Positions 12,115-24,587 of a stretch of DNA of 64,000 nt are shown here, piece after piece (positions within the stretch are counted from its first letter, which is position 1; each line of letters opens with the position of its first letter). Made by a program: the position numbers and the translations under genes. The stretch covers positions 65,040,001-65,104,000 of the forward strand of contig NC_086108.1 in NCBI RefSeq assembly GCF_963921235.1, given 5' to 3'. Source of the DNA: Mobula hypostoma (taxonomy: Eukaryota). The notes below the pieces were generated by a model. It was not told the origin of the DNA. It saw nothing but the letters and a program-made list of their open reading frames with translations, and made no database searches.

Positions 12115-14169
12115 TATAACAGTTTAAAGGTTCAAATGCAAAGCTGAGTTGATTGTAAAACAACTTTTAGGGAGAATGAAATATTCAAAGGGAGCAGCTG
12201 ACCAGAGAAACAACAGGCATTGCTGAAGTCACGCTTGAAGGATTAATAGACAGGAAGGAACATCTCTTTCATGGAAGTCTGCTGAGTGTTCTGTAGCAAT
12301 GTGAATGAGGCCTTCTCTTCTTCCGTTGCTACCACTCAGTTAAATGGATCATTATTGTAAGAAGTTAAATGAATTTAACTGAGTCAAACCAGCTAAAGGG
12401 TTAAATGTATACCTTCCATTAATGCATTATGCAAAGTGTACATGACAGTTGTTTTTATCTGATTCTACCACTGTCCATGAGAGCAGCAGGATGTTCTACC
12501 TACATCCAGGTCATCTGATGTTATTCCTGCTCTGAACATTTTTACAGTCATTCAGTGCACAGGGTCCTTGCTGTTTAATTCAATTACCTGTCATTTACAC
12601 CAACTGATCAGCACATTCTTAATAAATAAGATTTGGATAGTTGGGCTTTACAGAATGTCATTGTCATGATAATTACTGGCTATATAGAGTACTTAATGTG
12701 GTTTAACATCACAATAATTGTTCATAAAGTTTTGTACTTAATTTTGAAAGTGAAAGCTACATTGCAGCACAAGATAAACAACAATGCAACTTATGCTTAC
12801 ATTCTGAAATAATTTTTGTCAGATGCAAATTAGTCAACGGGCAACTTGTGTGCAGCAAATGCCCTCCAACAGATGCAGATTGCATGGCCAGTTATTCTGT
12901 TTGCTGGTGGTGGTGTTGCCAAGTAGCAGAGAGCAAGAATCCAAGAATATTTCACTGGCTATAGTCAGGACAGCTCCAGACTCATCCAGTTGTACTTGTT
13001 AAGATTGCTGATGGTGTATTTTTATAACTCTGGCCATCCCCTTTATCTCATTATGTTAATGATCAGTTTGTGTTTTGGGAAATCCATCAAGTGCCATGGC
13101 CCAGAAGTTTGGTTTGAGTCTCCAGGAGTCACACTAATTCAGATTTCCAGAGACAATGGGTGATTTAAACTGAAGGCATTGCAAATAGTGTTGAAGAAAT
13201 ATACATATTTCTTTGTCATTGGTTACAGATGCATTAGGAGGGGAAGAGAAATCTTTGTGATTTGTATAAATAGTGGCATACTGTATCGGAATATTTGGGT
13301 CATGTGATTGCAATCAGTAATCATGCTGATTTTCAGGAATCCTGCCAGCCTTAGTTGCACATCTCTGTTAAAGTGTTGTTGAATGTACAGAAAGGGAATG
13401 AGATATGATGCTCACACAAACCATGTCAGAGACCTGTTTCACATATCAATTACACAATTGATAGTTGCAATGTTCCTCGTGGCTGTTTGAAGTGATCTTG
13501 ATATGTTTAAATTGGTGCAGTTATCAGTGCGTAAGTGTCTGCCTGCAAGCTCCCTTCACAGTGTGATAATACTTTTCATTATTGCTTCTTTGATGCAATT
13601 GATCTCAGTCTTGTGCAAGTATAAATGCATTTACCTGAGCATTCTGGTTTTGAGGTAGAAGCAGCTGTATGCCAGTACTCTGAAATGCAACATGAGCTTC
13701 CCTAGCATGTTTCTTGTCCTTTGAAGAAAAGCAGAGATTCAGTTGATTTCCCAGCACCACATCAGGAGTTAGGAGTTGCAAAAAGCTCTTCAAACTTCAG
13801 TTAAAGCAAAGGTGAAATAGATGCGAAGAAGCTTTAATGATGGGTCACTATTTTTCAATTCTCCTGTTGTCGTGTTACATACAGTATTTTATTTAGAGTC
13901 ATAAAAAATGAGCAGGCTGTTCAGCCCCAAAGAACCTATCCAAGCAATCTCTTTTAAAAAAGGGCTATCATTTGGTCCCTTTCAAAAGTAAAACATTATG
14001 GAAACTGAAAATCTGATAAATGGTCACCGACCTGAAACTTTAATTGTTTCTCTCTCCCTGCTGTCAAACCTGAGAAGTATTTGCAATCCTCTTTTGATTC
14101 TATTAGTCTATTCCTGTGTTTCCCAACAACGCCCCTCTGAGGCACAATATACTTTCTGGCATACCCATT

Positions 14170-14372
14170 GCCTCATAGGAAGTCATTCCTTCCTGTGGCC
14201 ATCAAACTTTACAACTCCTCCCTTGGAGGGTCAGACATCCTGAGCCAATAAGCTGGTCCTGGACTTATTTCCTGGCATAATTTACATATTACTATTTAAT
14301 TATTTATGGTGCAACTGTAACAAAAACCAATTTCCCTCGGGATCAATTAAGTATGACTATGACTAAGACTAT
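14170..14372 (+). mobile_element. Rex1-like LINE 3' end (same family as 18555-19447)
   Basis: Near-identical to 19208-19440, including the tatgac tail repeats. Confidence 0.85.
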
Positions 14373-14431
14373 ACTGTAAAAACATGTCTACCATATACTA
14401 ACATGAGAAAAATGATTCTGCTTTAAATTTT

Positions 14432-14679
14432 CAATCACAAACAAGAGAAAATCTGTAGATGTTGGAAATCCAAGCAACAAACACAAAATGCTGGAGGTAC
14501 TCAGCAGGCAGCATCTACGGAAATGAGTACAGTAGATGTTTCAGACCGAGACACTTCGGCAGGACTGAAGAGTCTGGAGAGTCCTGCCGAAGGATTTCGG
14601 CCCGAAACATTAACTATATTCTTTTCCGTAGATGCTGCCTGGCTTGCTGAGTTTTTCCAGCATTTTGTGTGTGTGTTGC
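14432..14679. mobile_element. Mini Penelope hairpin insertion with two inverted hammerhead-like cores
   Basis: TSD ctgctttaaatttt at 14418-14431 and 14680-14693; arms 14474-14566 and 14580-14679; 42-nt tail at 14432-14473. Confidence 0.88.
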
Positions 14680-14749
14680 CTGCTTTAAATTTTTATTTGT
14701 CTTTAAACCTAGCTTACACATTTACCTCTGCTGTACAGCAGCTTCAATA

Positions 14750-16794
14750 TCAATGTGATCCTTGAGCTTGATGGTTTTTAGCAAGAGTTGAAACATCTGA
14801 TTCAAGTTGTGACAATAAAAGCCTTAAGTCCCCACACATAACAATGTCCAAGCATTTTCTGTTTATTGTGAGTATGTGGTTCTCTGCACTGAAGTCTCTT
14901 TCAACAAGGTAGGAGGATGGAAATGCAGTGAGGAGCAGTTTGGATCTTCTCCAAAGAGCAGGAAACTTCGTATGACAGTATAGCCACATACCACAAAAGC
15001 TGACATTTTTGAAAAGCATTTTTGTTTCTTCATCATTCTGAGTTTTGATAATTTCTTCTTGCAAGCTCTCTTCCTGTTCTTCCACCTTGCAAAGAAATGG
15101 GTTAATTACCCAGTCCGGAATTTCCAGATCGTTCAAATCCTTGAATCCATTCTGAAAATCCTTCTTCAGTGACTGTAGATGTGAGCAGTACTCTTGAAAT
15201 CACCATCAGTGAAAGGGAGTACCATACTTTCTATGCAAGGAAACTGTGAGAACATTCTTCTCCTAATATTTTGTTTATATGTTTCCAAATTTCCAATAAA
15301 AGAGGACATGGCATTTTCTGCCTAGATTAAGTTGAAATTCTCACCTTGCAGTTTCATATTTAGAATGTTCATTTTGTCATGCAGATTGGTTAGGTATGCC
15401 ATATCTCCACGTTAGAAATTCAGTCGTTTCCCAAATTCTTGTCCACTTTGAACAAAAATTCAACCACAGTATCAAAAAGATCAAAGAAATATTTTAAGCA
15501 GCAACCTTTTGCTAGCCCACGCAGTTCAGTGTAAGAAGCAAGCATTCATCATTATCTGTCATAACTGGTGAAATTTTCTGCTATTCAGTGGACGAGCTTT
15601 AGTTTTGTAGATAGAAGTTATTACAAGATTCATGCTTGAAAAAAGTCACTGGCTGAGGTTTTTGGCTGCGAGATGTTGACGATGAATTACACAATGGATT
15701 GCAAACAGACTCAGGAGTTATTTTTTCATAAATGCCACTCAACCAGCATGGCAGCCTATCATGTATAGTGCTCCATCTGTTGCACAAGAAATCATGTTCC
15801 TAGTTGGAATACTTTTGCCCTCAATATACATTTTAAGCTTATCGTAGATTGGTTCTCCATTAATATTTGTTTTTATCTTTTTACAAAAGAGAATCTCTTC
15901 ATAAACGTTTAATAAACCACACATATGCCATTAGCAATGACTCGTAATCTTGCACAGTTAACTCATCCAGTTGTATCCCAAATTTTGTTTCTTGTAGATC
16001 TGTGTATAGCTGATACTCAATGTCTTCACTCATTTCGTCAATACAACGAGCTACAGAGTTATTACTCAGAGGAATTGCTTTTAACATACTGGTATCTATT
16101 TTGAGAACAGTGGTGAGCACTTCTGATACAGCAGGCATTATTAATCTTTCACCAATAGTATGAGATTTTCCACATGTTGCTATCATTTTGGAAATGTTAT
16201 AAGAAGCAATGAGACCACTATCAAGGTTATTTTTAACTTTATTGGCAAAGGACATGAGCATGCAATGCTTTTCAAATTCTTCTTTCATCTTCTGGAACCT
16301 TTACAGGTTCTCTTTTACAGAAGTGTTCCTGCAATCTTGATAGTTTTGTGACTTCATTAGGCAGTACAGTATTTGCAAATAAGACACGTGGGGTGTCACT
16401 GATCTGATAGGAACAAAATAAATCCATATTCCAGGTATGTAACATTGTATTGACACACTTTCTGTAGTTTTTGTTTCTTAGCAGGATTAGCATTCAAGGC
16501 TTCACCACCTTCAGACTCATAGAGATCACACCGTACATATTTATCCATCATTAATAGGGCTAAATTAAAATAAAAAATTAAATCAAACTGGGAATGCCTA
16601 TCGAATGTTGATGATAGCAATGAGTTGACATGATTGGTCGGTCAGGTCTCGTGCCTCAAGTTAGAGTACCGCTTACCGCCCCTCCCAGAATCTTGAACAA
16701 CCTCCAACGACTTCTATTTCCTTAATGCCTCCTTAGGACACATACCGTACCCCCCACAGGGGGGGGTGATACTGCCCCCCCTTGGGAACCACTG
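14750..16794 (-). mobile_element. hAT (Buster/Charlie, ZBED8/SCAND3-like) DNA transposon with frameshifted transposase
   Basis: ORF pieces QYNVTYLEYGF (BED region), ASYNIS..HTIGERLIMPA, IPLSNNSVARCI, FGIQLDE, CATDGA and FPSSYLVERDFSA..GDLRL..QGSH*. 5' TIR CAGTGGTTCCCAA ends at 16794, next to gtctattc; I did not see the 3' TIR. Confidence 0.92.
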
Positions 16795-17254
16795 GTCTAT
16801 TCCTTCAATCTTTTCTTGTACTCCTGCATTTCTTGTCCTTAAAGCACTCTGCAGTTTCATTTTGAAGAACACTGCTGAATCTATATCCTTCAATCAGTCT
16901 GGTACTACGTTCCAAGTTCTTCCCAATGTAGCATTGAAAAGTTATCCTCATCTTGCCTCTGGCACAAGCTTTTTCCCCAGCCTTCATCCTTTGGTTCTTC
17001 AGCTTCTTGAAACAACTTTACTTAATTTAGCTGAACTTTTAAATGTATGTAAAATACCTCCTCTTAAACTCTCTTGCTGTTAAGAGAATATCTGCTGCTT
17101 CTCCACTGTATAATGTAACATCCTTGAAAACATTCTGGTCCATCTATAGGTTCCTGAAACTTCAGGGTCCATCTTAAAGTGAGGCACCTAAATTTGATAT
17201 TATGGAAGAAAAAAAAGAGATGTATGAATTAGTAATGTTTATTGGCAACAAAAG

Positions 17255-18450
17255 CGGTGGCTCGGCAGTCAATAGTGGTGCTGCTGCCTTAAACTTCTAT
17301 TAGTTCTGTACTGATCTTCGATGCTGTGTATGAAATTTGCATATTCACCCTCGTCTCTGCGATTTTCCCTGGCACACTTAGGCTACGTCCACAGTAGACC
17401 GGATAAATCCGTAACCGAAGCTTTTTCTCTTCGCTTTGACCCTCTGTCCAGACTGAAGTGGCCTTTTCCTCCCCCGAAAATTGAGCTTTTCTAAAACACT
17501 CTCCAGAGTGTTTAAATCTGAAAATGCCGGTTGGCCATTGTAGTGTGTACGGGGTAACCAGCTAATTTTAAAAACACTGTCATGACGTGCCAGAACAAAT
17601 GGTGGCGGCAGCGAGGCATTTCATTGTTTTCTTGAACACAACCTCCAACACCACAGCAACAATATCTGACAATAGATGTTCAACAGCCTAATGTAACATT
17701 GTAAAGAAATACAAGACAACTCTGATGCAGACATGTTTTATACGTTTAGCAAGGTGCTCTATTAATGTATTGCTTGTGCAAACACTTAATAGATGCAATT
17801 GTCACTTTTGCCCAGTAACTCGTTTTATTGTACATGTTAAATACAGCAAAATAGTACACAAAATCATGACAAAAGTAAAGGCAAACAAATAAGGTAACAG
17901 CAAATTTCACTTTTGCCCAGTAACAAGCCTTATTGCACTTAGTTGTAGCTGTCGTCCATTTCATCAGTGAAGAGACTATGGCTGTAGGAAATGTTTCTGG
18001 AGAAACGCACACCAAGTCTTTCGTTTGGCAATTTCCTTTTAAGTTTTTCTAGTCTATAACTGGACAAATGTGCGCCAAGTATACCGTTTCCTCTTCGCTT
18101 GTTTTCTGTGTGTCCTGCGCATGCCCAGTAGGAGGAGATTTGCCCAAATACCCGTTTTAATGTGGACAGAGGTATTTTCAAAAATGCCTGGTGTGGATGC
18201 CTATCGTTTTTACGCAAAACCGGCATTTTCAAAATCATTTGGTCTAGTGTGGATGTAGCCTGATTTCCTCACACATCCCAAAGTCGGTTGCTGAGTTAAT
18301 TAACCACTGTAAATTGTTCCTCATGTATGTGACTGGTGGGTGGAGTTATGGGCATTTGAAAGAACATGTACCTGGAGGAATGGAATTGATGGGACTGGTC
18401 TGACAGCCAGCATAGTTTGTGTGCTAAATGACCTCATCCTATGTTGTAAG
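17255..18450 (+). mobile_element. Decayed V-SINE interrupted by a Harbinger MITE
   Basis: tttgcatattc...ttttccctgg before 17381 continues as tttcctcacacatcccaaag...ttaattaaccactgtaaattg after 18260. Confidence 0.65.
17381..18260. mobile_element. PIF/Harbinger non-autonomous element (MITE)
   Basis: TIRs ggctacgtccacagtagacc and ggtctagtgtggatgtagcc (18/20 match); 3-bp flanks tta and tga; subterminal tccac/gaaaa repeats; no coding capacity. Confidence 0.85.
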
Positions 18451-18554
18451 GAAATATAATATTCTTAGTATATTAGTAGTTTATCCTTAGTGATTAGTTG
18501 ACCACCTTACTAGAATACAACTTTTACTTCACCACTAAAGCTGATGGCATGAAT

Positions 18555-19447
18555 TATCTTCATCTTCAGAAGTTTTCGGATGACTCTGCCATAGTTGGAT
18601 GCATCAGCAAGGGAGATGAGGCTGAGTACAGGGCTACTGTAGGAAACTTTGTCACATGGTGTGAGCAGAATTATCTGCAGCTTAATGTGAAAAAGACTAA
18701 GGAGCTGGTGGTAGACCTGAGGAGAGCTAAGGTACCGGTGACCCCTGTTTCCATCCAGGGGGTCAGTGTGGACATGATGAAGGATTACAAATACCTGGGG
18801 ATACGAATTGACAATAAACTGGGCTGGTTAAAGAACACTGAGGCTGTCTACAAGAAGGGTCAGAGCCGTCTCTATTTCCTGAGGAGACTGAGGTCCTTTA
18901 ACATCTGTTGGACGATGCTGAGGATGTTCTACGAGTCTGTGGTGGCTAGTGCTATCATGTTTGCTGTTGTGTGCTGGGGTAGCAGGCTGAAGGTAGCAGA
19001 CACCAACAGAATCAACAAACTTATTCTTAAGGCCAGTGATGTTGTGGGGATGGAACTGGACTCTCTCATGGTGGTGTCTGAAAAGGGGATGCTGTCTAAG
19101 TTGCATGCCATCTTGGTCAATGTCTCCCATCCACTACATAATGTACTGGGTGGGCACAGGAGTACATTCAGCCAGAGACTCATTCCACCGAGATGCCGCA
19201 CAGAGCGTCATAGGAAGTCATTCCTGCCTGTGGCCATCAAACTTTACAACTCCTCCCTTGGAGGGTCAGACACCCTGTGCCGATAGGCTGGTCCTGGACT
19301 TATTTCATAATTTATTGGCATAATTTACATATTACTATTTAACTATTTATGGTTCTATGACTATTTATTATTTATGGTGCAACTGCAACGAAAACCAATT
19401 TCCCCCTGAGATCAATAAAGTATGACTATGACTATGACTATGACTAT
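18555..19447 (+). mobile_element. Young 5'-truncated Rex1/Babar LINE
   Basis: Uninterrupted RT C-terminus HLQKFSDDSAIVG...LQLNVKKTKELVVD..YKYLG..QSRLYFLRRL..RKSFLPVAIKLYN; aataaag followed by a (tatgac)4 tail. Confidence 0.92.
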
Positions 19448-19524
19448 GGATGAAACTGACTGGCATTTGGGCTGTTATGTTTCAGTATCTTAATGCAAAG
19501 AAGGAAAAACTGCCTATGTTTAAG

Positions 19525-19690
19525 ACAAGCTTGGATAGATTTTTGCATTGTAGGGGAATTAAAGGTTATGGGGAAAAGGCAGGTAGGTGGAGATGAGTCC
19601 ATGGCCAGATCGGACATGATCTTATTGAATGGCAGAGCAGGCTCGATGGGCCAGATGGTCTACTCCTGCTACTATTTCTTAGGTTCTTAT
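19525..19690 (+). mobile_element. CR1 3' end
   Basis: gaatggcagagcaggctcgatgggccagatggtctactcctgct...ttcttatgtt is a typical CR1 3'UTR. Confidence 0.75.
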
Positions 19691-19969
19691 GTTGTAAATC
19701 CAAATTAAGCAGGAAATGCTAGAAATGTCAAAAGGTCAAGCAGTGTCTGTGAAGCGAAAAAGACAGTATTAATATTTAAGGTTGATTTTTTTTTGTTAGA
19801 TATCCTTGTTGGACAAGAAATAACATAATTCAACAGTAATTGAAAAGCAAAATAAACAGTCCTGAGAATTAATTCACCAATATTTCCAGCATTTTCCACT
19901 TTTATTTACATTGTTATGAATTGTTTTTCATCCCTCTCTTCATTGGAATCCTGTATTATAAATCTCCAA

Positions 19970-20176
19970 CAACAACACATAAAAATTGCTGGTGAACGCA
20001 GCAGGCCAGGCAGCATCTATAGGAAGAGGTACAGTCGACGTTTTGGGCCGAGACCCTTTGTCAGGATTGTCGTTGTGCCTATTCCTATAGATGCTGCCTG
20101 GCCTGCTGCGTTCACCAGCAATTTTTATGTGTGTTGCTTGAAATTCCAGCATCTGCAGATTTCCTCGTGTTTGCAT
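19970..20176. mobile_element. Mini Penelope hairpin insertion
   Basis: TSD ttataaatctccaa at 19956-19969 and 20177-20190; arms about 19973-20025 and 20082-20136; mutated hammerhead on the - strand in the loop; 40-nt tail. Confidence 0.9.
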
Positions 20177-21529
20177 TTATAAATCTCCAAACTGCTTTTT
20201 TGCTCAAATCGTGGTCTTCAACTTTCATTATAGGTTTCACTTTTCAAAATGTAAAGATTATTGACTTTTGTTTAATATTGAATAACATAAGAATTGTGTT
20301 CAATTCACTATGAACTTTTTGTCTTGATGAATTAACTTAGACAGAAATGGCCAGGATTCTACAAGAGTTCCAATAGAAGTAAGTAGTGTAATGTAACTAT
20401 CATCTCATAATAATGGGATAAGTATTGCCAGTTTGCTGGTAACAACCATGGAGTAGGAAGAACTATGTGTTGTATACAAAGAAGAGGGCAAACTATCAAG
20501 AGATCAATCTATTGCAGCAGATGTAGGTACTTTGATCACACAAACAGCAACACACAATGAAGCTGAGATTCAAGAGGGAAGTTCTGATTTTTAGGGTACT
20601 TATTGTTTCATGTTTTCTCTCAGGGGTAGTCATTCATTTATTATTACATAATGTCACCACTGCTATGAATGTTGTGTTTGAGGTAACACTGCAGGATAGC
20701 ATCCCTATCTATTGTAGCAAATAAGATTTAACTGATGTTTTGGTTTGTTCCAAGTTGACCTACATCATTATCAGCAGGAACTACCTCTTGTAGCTTGAGA
20801 GGGAGCCCTGTTCTCAATGGCTGATTCTCCTAGATTACAGAGCATTATTGATTGTCACCTTCTGTGTATTGCCAACAATCCTTTGGCTTACTTTCAAGAA
20901 TTATTACCTGAGAAACATGTAAACAGAGTACGTTATCAGCACAAGCCAAATAACTCACAGATAAAACATTTGAGAAGACGGTTTCTCTCTTCTGATACAC
21001 AGTTTTGAATAATGATAGTCAGTGGATGAATGGACTGAGTAACCTCTTTCACCGCTAATCATTTTGACACAATGCCACATAATATTGCCATTGTTATTTG
21101 TAAAGGAACTAATTAAGAAGCAGTTCAATGGTCACTAAGTTAATATGCTTTAGGAGATCTTTCATTTCAGAAAAGGAGAAATGCTTGAGTGTCTCATTGT
21201 TTCATTCATTCTGAGGTCTCTGCATTAAATAGGCACTTTCATATATTCTTTTGCCCAGATTTATACCTTCTGAAATCTTATTAGTATTACTGTGTTCTTC
21301 ACTGTATGCACTGCTTATGTCAAGTATATTATTCTCTTGGTTGATGAATGTTGTTTTCTCACCAGTGTTTAGATGACAGACTGGAAGACATATTTGCAAG
21401 TGAAATAATTTCATAGAAGTGGCTTGTGATTCTTAATGGCCTGTGATTGTACCTTATTCCTATGTTTGCCATTTTTGTGTTACATTCTTTTCTTAGCTTT
21501 GAAGGATATACTAAATTACACATTCAAAT

Positions 21530-22530
21530 AGTCATAGAGTTGGCCTTCAGCCACTATGTCCATTCTGACACTTTTCACCATCGACACTAACTCTATGTGT
21601 TTGCATTAGGTCCATATCCTTCTAAACCTTGTTTATTTAAGTACTTGTCTAAATGTATCTAAAATGTTGTGATTCTGTCTGTCTCTATCACCTCCACTTG
21701 TGTTGGGTTCCAGATATTAACCACTCTCTGTATAAAAAAAATAGAAACTGTCTCCTCAAATCCCCTTTAAAGTTCTTCCTCTCAAATTAAACCTATCCCT
21801 CTTACTTTCAATGTACAACATGTGAAAAAGTGTCTGATGACCTACCCTATCTGCATGTTTTGAAATTTAATATAACTCTGTCAGGTCACCCTCAGTCTAT
21901 TTTGCTGTCAGGAAAAACAAACCCAACTTATCCAGTCTCTCCCCATTACTGAAGTCTTTCAATTCATGCAACATCCTAGTGAAATTAACAATCTGCTTCA
22001 GGAACTCAATAGGTCAAGCAATATTTGTGGGTAGGAAAAGGGGATTTCAGGTTAAAAACCTGAATCAAGACTTCTCCAGCAGATTGCTGTTGCTCCAGAT
22101 TGCAGCATCTGTAGTGTTTTGTGTCTCCAGCATCCTAAAGAATTTCCTCTGCATTCTTTGCAGCACAACCACACTCTTCCTAGAGTGTAGCAAACAAAAC
22201 TCCACACAGTACTACAATCTAACTACAGAATATCAGAACTCTTATATTCTACGTCCTGCTGTATGAAGACTACCATTTCATATACCTTCTTCACCACCCT
22301 ATGCATCAGCATTGACACTAACCACGGTCTAACCATAGAACACCACAACTCTTATATTCTATGTTGTGATGTATGAAGACTACCATTTCATATACCTCCT
22401 TTACCAACCTATGTATCTGTGCTGCCACGTTTAGGTAAATATGGACTTGAACTCCAAGGTCCCTCATTCATCAACATTCCTTTAAACCCTATCTTTGATT
22501 ATATATATCTTATCTGTTTTTGACTTCCTG
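21530..22530 (-). mobile_element. Old CR1 3' fragment containing a decayed PLE hairpin (about 21990-22130) and a 110-bp tandem duplication
   Basis: atagtcatagag tail and ctcctcaaatcccctttaaa...cctctcaaattaaacctat CR1 pattern. Confidence 0.7.
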
Positions 22531-24353
22531 CATATTGTTCCTGCAATGTCAATTGAAAATGCATAGTTGCCTCAGAAGCCTCATCCCCTCTCTATATTTG
22601 CGAACTATTGTTAAGATTTTTATTGATGCAATTTCTGTAGAGCCAGAGTTTGAGCCACGAATTTGAGAACAAATTGTTTGTACAAATTGCCATCAGTAGA
22701 GAGTGTTTGTTTATTTATGTAGCCATAGATAGAAATACCTCTGAAAGACTGTTTATTGAAAAGTTTTGATGGTCCTTGAGAAGCTGGCATGAGTCATGCC
22801 TTAAGTAACTGCCATCCATGCATTGCCTTGGGTACCTGTCAAAGACAGGAGACTCCAGGATTTTAACCCAGTGGTGATTAAAAAAACAGCAATTATATTT
22901 TCATGTTACTTTACATATAGTTTATGTGAATACTTGCAAGTGATGAAATATTTTATTCCATTGGATGCACTGTATAAATTCAAGGTATTGTTATGTTGGT
23001 GTTCCCATGCACCTGCTGTCATTGGCATTCTGGGAGTTCAAGGTTGCAGGTTTATAAAATTGCAGATGCTGCCAATGAAATATTGGTGAGTTGGTGCTGT
23101 TCATCTTGTGGATGAGGTATGCTATAACTCAATCTACAAGTAGTGGGGCAATGAAATGTTTTGTGGTGGTGAACCAGTGTGCAAGAAGCAGGATTGAGGG
23201 GGAAGTGTAATTGAGACATTTCTCACTACCCTTTCTCCTCTCTGCAATGAAAACATACTTTTCTCTCACTTTTCCATTTCTAGTGAAAAATCCTTAACCT
23301 GAAACATTGAAATCTCTATCCATTAATACAGCTTGGTCACTCACGTTTCGTGCTTTTGACCTGGATCCTGCTGAGTTTCTTGAGTGTCAGATTTGCAGTC
23401 TTCGTGCAGAGAATAGTTCATTACACTCTTAAAGTGATGGAAAACTTTCCATGGTTCTATTGATGAGTGGGAGTTGGGCATCAGTAAAGGTTGTATCTTT
23501 TATGGTTATTTGCAGCCATGCAGAGTGTAAGCTACGCAGAGAGTTTAACCTTCAAGCTTTCTTAACAGCTCCGAGACATAATCATTTAGGCAGGCATCTT
23601 CAAGCTCTGAGAGGAAGACAGCTGAATCCTTTTGAGCATTTGTGGGCCCTCCCTTTCAAATATAGCAGTGCATGCCATGACAATATGAGATTATTGTGTA
23701 CATCACTATTTTGGAAAGTTCTGAAGTAACACTAAGACATGACCTGATTAATGTGATCCCTCACTAAAAGGTATTTAATAGGTTACATTTTACTGTATTA
23801 CAGTTATGTGCACCTGATTGGAGATTTTTCCTGCTGATGAGGATATCAAATTTCACAGTCAGCATTTTGTGATAAATAAATACAATTTCAACTGTACTTA
23901 AAGTAGTCAAAAGGTGCATTTTTTTCATTTTTTAGTTTATGATTTTAAGAAACCTGAGTCTGTGGGGTTGGCTCCAGATTTTCTCATGTTTTGCGTGACC
24001 ATTCCCTTTGGTATTTCATCCAGAATATTATTATATGATATGTTTAGTGAAAGTAAAGATGTTACTAAAATGGTAGTGCTACAATGTATAAAATCTGTTA
24101 TTAATATTAGTCTATCAAATATATGCCCCTTGCCTGACCAGACAAAAATAATACAATATGTTCAGTTGAGGTGTGTGGAGGATCTGATTAAAAAAAAAAG
24201 CTTTTGTTTAATTTTATGAATGCCACAGAATTGTGCCTGGTTTGAGAAAAAGACTTTGTTGTTTAGCTTACTATCACATTTCTTTCACACCGATGCTGCC
24301 TCCATTAACTATAATCATTGCTTACAAATCCTTTTCTTTAGCTGTGGTTTTGA

Positions 24354-24587
<234 letters not shown>

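Noticed and set aside
18498..19286. 262-aa ORF as a host gene
   Set aside because: It is the 5'-truncated RT C-terminus of a Rex1 LINE with a non-ATG start in flanking DNA and a LINE tail.
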